Shown here piece after piece: positions 37,117 through 45,870 of a stretch of 64,000 bases of DNA. Source of the stretch: a bacterium. Lineage in GTDB: Bacteria > Zhuqueibacterota > Zhuqueibacteria > Zhuqueibacterales > Zhuqueibacteraceae. The notes below the pieces were generated by a model that saw only the letters and a list, made by a program, of their open reading frames with translations, was not told where the DNA came from and ran no database searches. Position 1 is the stretch's first letter. Each line of letters starts with the position of its first letter. The position numbers and the translations under genes are program-made. The DNA lies in contig JAJVHT010000069.1 of NCBI GenBank assembly GCA_022072515.1, positions 30,910 to 94,909 on the forward strand. The letters run 5' to 3'.

Positions 37117-38463
37117 TTAGGCGCCAAGCTGATCGGCAATTTTGAGCAGCCGGCTCACCAGGCTCGTATCCATGCGCTTGACGGATTTATAGACTTGGCT
37201 GGCGATCAAATGACTCGCCGCAAACCAATTGATGCGCGCCGGCGATAACGGCACGGCTGCCGCGCGATTGTACGACGCGCAGAAATCGGCTATCGTCTGC
37301 TCGGCCGCTTCCGGAGCGATTTTCCAATCGGCCTTCATTTTATAAAGATGCGCGATAAAACGGCCGACATCGTAGCCGGGATCGCCAAGGCTGGCGCCGT
37401 CAAAGTCAATGAACGCGATGCCTTTGGCCGTGGCAAAAATATGGCTGAATTTGAACGACGCGTGCACCGGCGTCACCGGGCCGGAACCGAATTGCGCTGC
37501 GGCGGCCAAAAGTTTTTCGCCGGTTTGCGCGCAACGCGCCGCATACTCCGGAAAAGTTTTACTGATCTTTTTCATCGCCTGACGCAACTCTTCCACTTGC
37601 GCCGCAACCGTTCTTTCCACCGGCAGTTGCAAAGGGATGCTGTGAAACGCCGCCAGGCGCTCGCCAATCTCCTGCGCCACCTGCGAAAAATCCGGCATAC
37701 GCTCGGCGATTTTTGCCAACGGCTCACCGGCGATCATTTCCTGCCACAGCACGTGCCGCCCGGTGTCGTAACTATACGGCTCCGGTAAAATTAAGCGGCC
37801 CTGCCGGCGCGCTGCACTTGTCCAAATTTGCTGCATGAGCGTGAACGCCTTGCGGCCTTCCGCAGGCCGATAGGCCTTGCCAAAAATCCCGGCGGCAGCG
37901 CCATCGGCCAGGGTCAGATGAAAAAAATAACCACACCGCATACCGGGAACATACTTGCTTTGCACCGCGCGAATGGTGACCGGCGCCTGGCGCAGGCCGA
38001 ATTTTTCCGGCGCGGCCCGCATGTCGGCCAAAACTTTTTCGGCATCGGCCATCTTCGCCACTCCCGGCACTTTCGGATCATTGGGATAAGCCCACAGCAC
38101 CGTCAACCAGTCCGGCAGGTAAACCACTGCCGGCCCCCATGCCGGCGGCGTCCAGCTTTTCTGTTGTTGGCGCGCAAAAATTTTTTCAGCGCGCGCCGCC
38201 CGCCGGAACAACTTTCCGTAAAAACGCTGTTGCCCAAGCTCGCGCTGCTGGCGGTCACGGATGCTGGCCGTAAACAAAATCACACAAGCCGCACCGGGGC
38301 GATAATTCAACTGCTCGATGGCGCAATTGGCCACGTGCAGATCACCCGCGGCAAACGCCGGCCCCAAATATTGATTCAGCTTTTGCGCCAGTGTCGCCGT
38401 TTCCGCCATTTCGCGCAATTGCGGAAACTCACAATCGGCGGGAATGTTTGCCAGCTTGGCCAT
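37117..38463 (-). CDS. Kinase-fold protein K4, long form with duplicated N-lobe; catalytic Asp replaced
   Basis: 448 aa. PVHASFKFSHIF...FIDFDGASLGDPGYDVGRFIAHL. N-lobe units: IEQLNYRPGAACVILF...RFYGKLF and VQSKYVPGMRCGYFF...GIFGKAY. Confidence 0.7.
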   Translation of the reverse strand: MAKLANIPADCEFPQLREMAETATLAQKLNQYLGPAFAAGDLHVANCAIEQLNYRPGAACVILFTASIRDRQQRELGQQRFYGKLFRRAARAEKIFARQQQKSWTPPAWGPAVVYLPDWLTVLWAYPNDPKVPGVAKMADAEKVLADMRAAPEKFGLRQAPVTIRAVQSKYVPGMRCGYFFHLTLADGAAAGIFGKAYRPAEGRKAFTLMQQIWTSAARRQGRLILPEPYSYDTGRHVLWQEMIAGEPLAKIAERMPDFSQVAQEIGERLAAFHSIPLQLPVERTVAAQVEELRQAMKKISKTFPEYAARCAQTGEKLLAAAAQFGSGPVTPVHASFKFSHIFATAKGIAFIDFDGASLGDPGYDVGRFIAHLYKMKADWKIAPEAAEQTIADFCASYNRAAAVPLSPARINWFAASHLIASQVYKSVKRMDTSLVSRLLKIADQLGA

Positions 38464-38514
38464 CCGGTATTGTTCCAGTTCAGACTTTAACCCGCAAGCG
38501 GGGTTCGTTCTGTG

Positions 38515-40470
38515 TTAAAATTCTCTAAACGTTTCTGGCGCAAATTCGACTTCGCCCAAATCCATCCGCTTTTCTTTTTTGCCCTCAGCACCAGCTGTTG
38601 CCGGCGCCAGCGCCAATTCCCGGGCACGGCCGCATTGCAATTCATACAGCTCGCGGTAAGGCGCGCAAGTTTTCATCAACTGCTCGTGCGTGCCGAAACC
38701 GGCGAGGCGGCCTTCCTCCAAAACCAAAATTTTGTTGGCGCGGGCAAGCGTCGAAAATTTATGCGCGATAATGATCGTTGTTTTGCCTGCCGTCAATTCA
38801 TCGAGAGCCGCGTGCATCTTCGCTTCCGTCTTGGCGTCCAAAGCCGTCGCCGGTTCGTCAAGAATCACAATCGGCGTATTGCGAATGATGGCGCGCGCAA
38901 TATTGAGCCGCTGCTTCTGCCCGCCGGAGAGATTTTCGCCGCCTTGCAAAATCATGGTGTCGTAGCCCTGCGGCATTTGCTCGATGAATTCATGCGCTTG
39001 CGCCAGCTTGGCCGCGTTCACGACCTCGTCATCGGTGGCGTCGATCTTGCCAAAAGCGATATTCTGCCGCACGGTTTTGTTGAAGAGTTTCGCTTCCTGC
39101 AACAACACGGTCAATTGGCCGCGCAGCGATTTGAGCGTAAATTCGCGAATGTCGGCGCCGTCGATCAACACCTGCCCCTGCTGCGGGTCATAAAAACGCA
39201 ACAATAAACTCACGAGCGTGGATTTGCCGGCGCCGCTGTGGCCGACGAGCGCGACGGTTTCACCCGGCGCGATCGCGAAACTGACTTGCTTGATAACGTC
39301 AATATCCTTTTTATAAGCGAAACTTACCCGGCGGAATTCGATGCGACCGGTGAACGCCGGCGCCGGAACCGCATTCGGCGCGTCTTCCATGACGAACTCA
39401 CAATCAATCAGCTCCAAAATGCGCTCGGCGGCAACTTGGGAGCGCGCCAGGTCGAGCAACATGCCGGCAAATTTATCAAGCGGACTGTAAAGTTTTTTCA
39501 AATACGCGACAAACAACACCAGCGTACCGGGCGTAATGGCGCCGCTGAGCGCGAGGCTGCCGCCGTAATAGACCACCAAACAGGTGCCGATCGCAACCAG
39601 CGTATCGGTGACGCGGGAAAAAACCTTCGAGAGCCGCGTCGCCGTGAGCGTCGACTCGAGGCTTTGCCGATTTTCAGTGGCGAATCGGGCCTGCTGCGAA
39701 TCTTCGCGGCCATACGCCTGCACCAAAGCCATCGCGGTGACGCTTTCGGTGATCATGGAGGCGATATTGCTTTCCGTGTTGCGTTTTTTCTTGGTGGCTT
39801 TATGTACTTTCGTGCCGAAACGCCGGTTGTAATAATACATGATCGGAATAACACTGAACGCCATCAGCGCCAAACGCCAGTTCATCGTCCACATCAGGCC
39901 GACGTGCGAGCCGATGGTAACCAGACGATAAACGACATTCTGCGGCACGCCGAGCAGAATCGTCGGCAGTTCGCGCAAATCCGAAATCATGCGATACACC
40001 AGATCGCCGGAGCGAAACGATTCATGAAACGCCAGCGACAACCTTTGCATGTGGCCGAAAATGCGCTCGCGAATTTCCCGAATCATTTTCGCCGAGACCA
40101 TCATCATGCCGACTTTGTGAAAATAAGAAACGAAACTGTCGGCCACATTCAACCCGATAAAAGCCAGCGCGAGCACGGCGAGCAAAGTCGACGGCTCGGC
40201 GCCAAACCAGTTCGTCAAGAAAGCCGCTTGCGGCGGTAATGGATTTTTCAAAATCACGTAATCCATGATCAGCTTCAACGGCCAGGGCGTCAGCAAAGCG
40301 AACCCGACGGTCAACAGCAAGCCGAAATAAGCGACGAGAAGCTGCCGCCAGTGGTTTTTGTAGTGATTGCCAAAAACCTTATAAACCCGCAACAGAATCC
40401 GGTAATCGATCCGATCGACGTCGATCGGCTGTTTGCCAAGTTTGCGTTTAAATTGTGCGCGACCTTGCAT
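38515..40470 (-). CDS. ABC exporter half-transporter (MsbA/type IV exporter-like, TMD-NBD)
   Basis: 651 aa, six N-terminal TM segments. Walker A GHSGAGKSTL, signature LSGGQKQRLNIARA, Walker B IVILDEP, H-loop IIIAHKFST. Confidence 0.9.
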   Translation of the reverse strand: MQGRAQFKRKLGKQPIDVDRIDYRILLRVYKVFGNHYKNHWRQLLVAYFGLLLTVGFALLTPWPLKLIMDYVILKNPLPPQAAFLTNWFGAEPSTLLAVLALAFIGLNVADSFVSYFHKVGMMMVSAKMIREIRERIFGHMQRLSLAFHESFRSGDLVYRMISDLRELPTILLGVPQNVVYRLVTIGSHVGLMWTMNWRLALMAFSVIPIMYYYNRRFGTKVHKATKKKRNTESNIASMITESVTAMALVQAYGREDSQQARFATENRQSLESTLTATRLSKVFSRVTDTLVAIGTCLVVYYGGSLALSGAITPGTLVLFVAYLKKLYSPLDKFAGMLLDLARSQVAAERILELIDCEFVMEDAPNAVPAPAFTGRIEFRRVSFAYKKDIDVIKQVSFAIAPGETVALVGHSGAGKSTLVSLLLRFYDPQQGQVLIDGADIREFTLKSLRGQLTVLLQEAKLFNKTVRQNIAFGKIDATDDEVVNAAKLAQAHEFIEQMPQGYDTMILQGGENLSGGQKQRLNIARAIIRNTPIVILDEPATALDAKTEAKMHAALDELTAGKTTIIIAHKFSTLARANKILVLEEGRLAGFGTHEQLMKTCAPYRELYELQCGRARELALAPATAGAEGKKEKRMDLGEVEFAPETFREF

Positions 40471-40494
40471 GTTGGGTTTCGGAATCTATCCTTA

Positions 40495-42426
40495 TTAGTT
40501 CACCGTGAGGGGCGCCGGCACCAGACGTCCATTATCGCCGCCGGCTTCCATTTCGGGCATGGCCGTTGTCTTTTGCCGGCCAAATTGCAATTCATAAAGC
40601 TCACGATAGGGCGGGCTGTTGTGCAAAAGCTGCTCATGCGAGCCCAAATGCGCCAATTGCCCTTCTTCCAACAAGAGAATTTTGTCGGCATTGGCGACGG
40701 TCGAAAATTTATGCGCGATGATAAACGTCGTCTTGCCGCGAGTGAGACGATGGATGGCGGTATTGATTTGGGCTTCCGTCCGCGCATCCAGGCCGGTGGT
40801 CGGCTCATCGAGGAACACGATCGGCGTCTGGCGCACGACCGCGCGCGCGATGTTGAGGCGTTGCCGCTGCCCGCCGGAAAGATTTTCGCCGCCTTCGTGC
40901 ATCATCGTGTCATAACCTTTCGGCATCTGTTCGATAAAATCATGCGCTTCCGCCAATTTTGCCGCGGTGCGAATCTCCTCATCGGTCGCGTCAAGTTTTC
41001 CGAAGGCGATATTCTCATGCACAGTTTGATGAAACAATCGCGCTTCCTGCAGCAAGATGGTCATTTGTTGGCGCAAAGATTTGAGCGTATAGCGGCGAAT
41101 ATTCACGCCGTCAATAAGAATTTCTCCTTGTCGCGGGTCGTAGAAACGCAGCAACAAGCTGATCAGGGTGGATTTGCCGGCGCCGCTGTGGCCGACGAGC
41201 GCCACCGTTTCGCCCGGCTCTACGACAAAATTGAGATCTTTTAAAACATCGTGACCCGGTTTGTAAGCGAAGCTGACATTTCTGAATTCGATGCGGCCCT
41301 GCAGCGCCGGGGCCGGGATGGCATCCGGATCATCTTGCATGACCATTTCATTTTCAACCAGCTCGAGCAAACGCTCCGCCGCCACCAATGATTTGGCCAG
41401 GCCAAAGAACAGGCTGGTGAATTTTTCAAACGAGCCCACAACCGCCCGCATGTAGTTCACAAAAACCCACAACGTGCCGACGGTGATCGCGCCGCCGAGC
41501 GCAAATTGGCCGCCCCAATATAGCACGCCCGCCGTGCTGAGCACGATGAGAAAATCACTGAGGCGGCTATAGGTTTGATGCATTCGCAGGGTGCGCAATT
41601 GCGCTTCCAAATTCAGCAAATTGCTGGCGCCCAAGCGATAGCGTTCGCTTTCTTCACGGCCATACGCCTGCACGACGGCCATCGAAGTCAAGTTTTCGAC
41701 GATTACCGAGGCCAGCTCACCGGCGCGTTTGCGGGCTCGTTTCATATATTTTTTCATGCCGGCGGTGAAATAACGCGTAAACCAGTAAACCAGCGGCATG
41801 GTGCTGCAGGCAATCAGCGCAAGACGCCAATCAAGGGCCAACATCAGGCCGACATAAGCGACGAACGTCACCACCCGCTGGATAAAATCCTGGGGAAAAT
41901 CAATGAGGATACTTTTCATCTCACTGACATCCGACGTCATCAGATAGACGAGATTGCCGGAGCTGGCGGATTCGTGAAACGACAGCGAGAGGCGGTTGAA
42001 ATGAGAAAAGACGCGTTCGCGGATGTCGGCGGTCATGCGATCTCCGGCGCTCGACACCCAATACTTGTTAATAAACGAAAAGTAGGCTTCGCCAACGGTA
42101 ATGCCGATAATGGCGAGCGCCAGCCCGAGCAAAACCAGCTTGGGCTGTTCAGTAAACAGCGGATTCAGAAAAGCGGCCGGACCTTCCAACGGCGCCCGCA
42201 AAATTAAATTGTCCAAAATGAACTTGAGCGGCCATGGCGACAAAACTTCCAGCCCAATGGCAACCAGCAAGCTCAAATAAGCCACGGTCAGAGTTTTCCA
42301 ATGCTTTTTATAATGCCGTCCGAATACTTTATACACCTTGAGCAAGCCGCCGCGGTCAAGCGGACCAGCGTCGTCCTTTTTCTTGCCAAGGGCGCGTATT
42401 TCGGCGAGGTCTTCCAAAAAGCGCAT
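40495..42426 (-). CDS. ABC exporter half-transporter (MsbA-like), paralog; probable heterodimer partner
   Basis: 643 aa. GHSGAGKSTL, LSGGQRQRLNIARA, IVFLDEP, FIIAHKFST. It lies 24 nt upstream of its paralog. Confidence 0.9.
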   Translation of the reverse strand: MRFLEDLAEIRALGKKKDDAGPLDRGGLLKVYKVFGRHYKKHWKTLTVAYLSLLVAIGLEVLSPWPLKFILDNLILRAPLEGPAAFLNPLFTEQPKLVLLGLALAIIGITVGEAYFSFINKYWVSSAGDRMTADIRERVFSHFNRLSLSFHESASSGNLVYLMTSDVSEMKSILIDFPQDFIQRVVTFVAYVGLMLALDWRLALIACSTMPLVYWFTRYFTAGMKKYMKRARKRAGELASVIVENLTSMAVVQAYGREESERYRLGASNLLNLEAQLRTLRMHQTYSRLSDFLIVLSTAGVLYWGGQFALGGAITVGTLWVFVNYMRAVVGSFEKFTSLFFGLAKSLVAAERLLELVENEMVMQDDPDAIPAPALQGRIEFRNVSFAYKPGHDVLKDLNFVVEPGETVALVGHSGAGKSTLISLLLRFYDPRQGEILIDGVNIRRYTLKSLRQQMTILLQEARLFHQTVHENIAFGKLDATDEEIRTAAKLAEAHDFIEQMPKGYDTMMHEGGENLSGGQRQRLNIARAVVRQTPIVFLDEPTTGLDARTEAQINTAIHRLTRGKTTFIIAHKFSTVANADKILLLEEGQLAHLGSHEQLLHNSPPYRELYELQFGRQKTTAMPEMEAGGDNGRLVPAPLTVN

Positions 42427-42503
42427 GAATCCGATTCCAGTTAAAATCCGTTGTGGCGCTGGCTACCGCGCCGCATGACCGGCGCAAAGTTTTGCCGCTC
42501 CAT

Positions 42504-43499
42504 TCACGCGGCGCTTTTCAAGAAAGCGCTGCCGGCCTCGAGAAGTTGCCGCACCTGTTGTCGCCAATCGGCAACCGCTGGCGCGCGGGTGCAAATCACC
42601 GCTCGGCGCAAATATGCAAAAGCCTGATAGGCCTGCAATCCAGTGAGCATCAGTTGAGGCCGGCGAGCATTATAAGCTTCCAGGAAAGCGTTCTGTAATT
42701 TTTTGCTGCGTGAGCCAAAATGAACTTGCAACGTGACCAAAAAATTGGCAATATCCAGCGCCGGCGTCGAAAGGCATAAGCCGTCGAAATCAATAAAAAA
42801 GGCGCGGTCGGCTGCGAGAAAAATTTGCGCAAGATTCAAATCGCCGTGCACTGGGCACACCGGCGCCGGCGATTCCCTTTCCTCCTGCACCAAACGGATC
42901 AGCAGCGTCTCGACCAATGGCGCGATTTCCGGGTATGCCGCGCTCAACACTTCCGGGCCGGGATGGCAATATTTCTTGAGATGGTCGTCGAGGGTTTTCT
43001 TTTCGCCGACCGCGGCCGTCACCTGATGCAACGTCGCCAAATTTTGAGCGACACGGCGCATCGCCACCACCAGCGTTTCCGGCTCTGCCAGCTCAGATAA
43101 AGCCTGGCCGGGAACAGCACTTTGCACGAGCATGCCCAACTCCGGCTCATACGCCAAAGGCTCCGGCATGCCTAACGGCGCGCCGCCGGCGTGCGCCCCG
43201 GCGCCATCATCACCGGGCGCCGCTTGCCAAAGCTGCCGCCAATTGGCAAAAATGCTTTCACCGCGATTTTTGCGATACATCTTGCCGATGAGGCGGCGCG
43301 GGCGCGCCGGTTTCCCGGCGAACCACAAGAGGTATTCAATCACGCAACGCTTGCCCGGCGTATATTTTAAAACACGGCTGCGAACTTGCCGAAGAGAGTT
43401 CTCTCGCAGCGCCGAATTCCATTGTGCCGAGGCAAACCAGGACAGCATTGCCTCGTCGTCGAGGGCGCGTTTGAGGCCGGGCAGCTTGCGATCATTCAA
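42504..43499 (-). CDS. Kinase-fold protein K5, short form with intact HGD catalytic motif
   Basis: 331 aa. One N-lobe (RVLKYTPGKRCVIEY...LIGKMY), PVHGDLNLAQIF and FIDFDGLCLSTPALDIANFLVTL. The track start is TTG, overlapping the upstream TGA by 4 nt. Confidence 0.7.
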   Translation of the reverse strand: MNDRKLPGLKRALDDEAMLSWFASAQWNSALRENSLRQVRSRVLKYTPGKRCVIEYLLWFAGKPARPRRLIGKMYRKNRGESIFANWRQLWQAAPGDDGAGAHAGGAPLGMPEPLAYEPELGMLVQSAVPGQALSELAEPETLVVAMRRVAQNLATLHQVTAAVGEKKTLDDHLKKYCHPGPEVLSAAYPEIAPLVETLLIRLVQEERESPAPVCPVHGDLNLAQIFLAADRAFFIDFDGLCLSTPALDIANFLVTLQVHFGSRSKKLQNAFLEAYNARRPQLMLTGLQAYQAFAYLRRAVICTRAPAVADWRQQVRQLLEAGSAFLKSAA

Positions 43500-43960
43500 A
43501 AGCCTTCGATCTCCGTTTTGTCGTTCACGATAATCGTGAACCCCAGAACTTCGAGCGTTTTCGTGGCCGCATCGATTTTGGTGATGCCGCCTTGCAATTC
43601 TTCGATATTAAAACCTTTGGATTCCTGCATTTTAACCTTGACCGGCGCAAAACCCGTGGCTTCCGAAAAAGGGCCTTTGAGCTTGACGAGGTCGCCCGCC
43701 TTCAGGTTCTTCAACGTGATAGGCTGCCGTTGCACGTTTTTAATCTCCACACTGCCGTTCAGCACAAAATCACGATTCATCAGACGCATAGAATTCTTTT
43801 CCACCTCGAGACTTTGAATTTTGCCTTCCAGCGCGCATTCTTCATCGCCGGGCTTGATGCTGACTTCGAGTGCGGAAAAATTATTGCCGTCGGCAGGTTT
43901 GCCCTTCACCTTGACCCGTTGTCCCACTTTGAGATTATTGAACCCGATGGTTTTCTCCAT
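43496..43960 (-). CDS. Cytoplasmic DUF5666-like beta-rich protein D2
   Basis: 154 aa, no signal peptide, GGAG upstream of the ATG. Repeated units: LKVGQRVKVKGKPADGNNFSALEV, LKAGDLVKLKG, GGITKIDAATKTLEVLGFTIIVNDKTEIE. The family name is assigned from memory of the motif pattern and is unverified. Confidence 0.55.
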   Translation of the reverse strand: MEKTIGFNNLKVGQRVKVKGKPADGNNFSALEVSIKPGDEECALEGKIQSLEVEKNSMRLMNRDFVLNGSVEIKNVQRQPITLKNLKAGDLVKLKGPFSEATGFAPVKVKMQESKGFNIEELQGGITKIDAATKTLEVLGFTIIVNDKTEIEGF

Positions 43961-44096
43961 AAAAATTCTCCACTGATGAGTTATTTTATTTTTAATCGAA
44001 CATCTTTTTTATAGCCAAACACCGACACAACTTTTCAGAATGGATGCAATGCCATCACCGCGGCCAATCTGCCGGCGGTGATAGGGGCGCGCCGGC

Positions 44097-44606
44097 TTAG
44101 ATGGGAATGTACGGCGTTGGGGCTTCCCGTGCTTCTTCCGGCGTTTCACCCAGCTCAATAACGGTTTTGCCTGACATCAAAATTTTTATCCCGTTCACCC
44201 AAAAAATTTTGCGTTCGTGGTCGATTTTATCGATCACCCCCTGCACCTGTTCAATATTGAATTCCCGGGTTTCTCGCAATTTTATTCGTTTGGGCACAAA
44301 GCCGGCGGCGGGCGTGTGCCGCCCTTTGAGCTTAATCATATCCCCCGCTTCCAAGGCCACTGCATTCAACGGCGCGCCTTCCTCGTCTTTCATTTCCAGA
44401 TCATCCGCTATCAAAATCTCCTGATCACAAAGCCGCAGCACTTTGCGGCGGCGATCGACGCTCTGAATCGGGCATTCGATTTCACTGTCTTTGAGCGCCG
44501 GTTCCAAGCTAATTTCCACGGCCAGAAATCCGGCTCCATCCCGGAATTTGCCGGTAATCTTGACACTGTGACCGGCTTGCAAGTCGCTAAACTCAATCAG
44601 GCTCAT
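44097..44606 (-). CDS. Cytoplasmic DUF5666-like beta-rich protein D1 (paralog of D2)
   Basis: 169 aa, collinear with D2: LQAGHSVKITGKFRDGAGFLAVEI, LEAGDMIKLKG, GVIDKIDHERKIFWVNGIKILMSGKTVIE. ATGA overlap with the K6 stop. Confidence 0.55.
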   Translation of the reverse strand: MSLIEFSDLQAGHSVKITGKFRDGAGFLAVEISLEPALKDSEIECPIQSVDRRRKVLRLCDQEILIADDLEMKDEEGAPLNAVALEAGDMIKLKGRHTPAAGFVPKRIKLRETREFNIEQVQGVIDKIDHERKIFWVNGIKILMSGKTVIELGETPEEAREAPTPYIPI

Positions 44607-45718
44607 AACGTGCTCAGTGGGGTAGGTTCCATTTCTTCCTCAACGTCCGCCGGATCTTCATCCGCGTCAAAATCAAACAGATAACGCTCGGACGACCAGC
44701 CGTGGCGCTGCATTTCTTCAATACACTTGACGCCGGTTTCCACCATGCGTTGGACGCGCCGCCGCCAACCTTCTTCTTGCAAGCGCAAACATTTACAAGC
44801 CCGGCGCAAATTGGTTAATCCTTCGTAGAGCAAGATGCGGTGCGCCACATCGCGCTCGATGCGGGAAAAATATTCATCCAAAAATACGTTGATCAAGTCG
44901 ACCATGGCGGGATTTTTCTTAATCTTGCCGCGCAAAAACACCAGCATGTTACCAAGATCGGAAGCGGGATCACCATAGGCGAGGGCGTCAAAATCGATCA
45001 GCCAGGCGTTGCCGTTTTCAACGTGAATCTGGCCGAGATGAAAATCGCCGTGGATGGGCGTCAGCTTGGCGTCACGAATGAGGCCGGCCTCGATTTTGTG
45101 GGCGGTTTGCACCATGTACTCGATGCGGCTTTCCAATTCCGGGCAAGCCAGCTCGAGAAACGGATAACGCGGATGGCAGCGTAATAAATGATCCTTGACG
45201 AGAAAAGGCTGGTCCAAATTAAGCTCGCACCGATGCAGCTTGGCAATGGTGCGGGCGAGCAGCCGAAAATGCGCCGGACTCGAAGCTTGTTTGACCAAAG
45301 TTTTCAACGGCACGCCCGGCACTTCTTCCTGGAAGAGCATGCACAAGCCGGTGGAAAAGGAGAGCGGCTCGGGAATGCTGATGCCGTCCGCGGCGTTGCG
45401 GGCGAACCCATTTTTCCACAATTGCTGCATGGTTTCAAAAACATGCTCGCCGCGTCTGGCTTTATAAACCTTGCCGATAACACGCCATTCGTGGCGCTGC
45501 TGGGTCGCCAAATTCACCGCGTCGACACGATAGCGAATCACGCAGCGCTGATTGCGCCGGCGAATGATTTCAATGCCGACCGCACGGACTTCGAAATTCT
45601 CACCAAAGTGATTACAAACCAGGGGGGCAAACGTTTGGCACATCCGTTGGGGGTCAAGAGCGATGTCCAACGTGTACAACTTGTCGTGTAAAACCGATGC
45701 GGAAGATGCAGTAGACAT
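44603..45718 (-). CDS. Kinase-fold protein K6, short form with intact HGD catalytic motif
   Basis: One N-lobe (IEIIRRRNQRCVIRY...VIGKVY), PIHGDFHLGQIH and LIDFDALAYGDPASDLGNMLVFL. The track start 45733 is TTG; ATG 45718 is preceded by GAAGGG. Confidence 0.7.
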   Translation of the reverse strand: MSTASSASVLHDKLYTLDIALDPQRMCQTFAPLVCNHFGENFEVRAVGIEIIRRRNQRCVIRYRVDAVNLATQQRHEWRVIGKVYKARRGEHVFETMQQLWKNGFARNAADGISIPEPLSFSTGLCMLFQEEVPGVPLKTLVKQASSPAHFRLLARTIAKLHRCELNLDQPFLVKDHLLRCHPRYPFLELACPELESRIEYMVQTAHKIEAGLIRDAKLTPIHGDFHLGQIHVENGNAWLIDFDALAYGDPASDLGNMLVFLRGKIKKNPAMVDLINVFLDEYFSRIERDVAHRILLYEGLTNLRRACKCLRLQEEGWRRRVQRMVETGVKCIEEMQRHGWSSERYLFDFDADEDPADVEEEMEPTPLSTL

Positions 45719-45870
45719 GACGCTACCCTTCAAAGCTGAATTTCGACGACACGTTTTGAATTAACGCTGCAACGCTTCCGCGTTGCATTCCGTTTACTTT
45801 GTATCTTCAAGCACTCACCCTCCAGACGCCAATCAGCAACCGCAAACGTCCGGACGGTTTTACGAATTTT

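Noticed and set aside
43961-44096. Small minus-strand ORFs in the gaps flanking the kinase genes (43961-44096, 45734-45870, 47233-47424), screened as possible RiPP precursor peptides for the kinases.
   Set aside because: Only very short ORFs (under 10 codons) or unremarkable basic ORFs of 21-41 codons turned up. They lack ribosome-binding sites and any Ser/Thr-rich core, so nothing is convincing without comparative data.
45768-45787. A perfect 8-bp hairpin TGCAACGC-TTCC-GCGTTGCA between the GT4 gene and K6.
   Set aside because: On the sense (minus) strand it is not followed by a U tract. On the plus strand it is, but no plus-strand gene exists. Its function is undetermined and it is too small to call.
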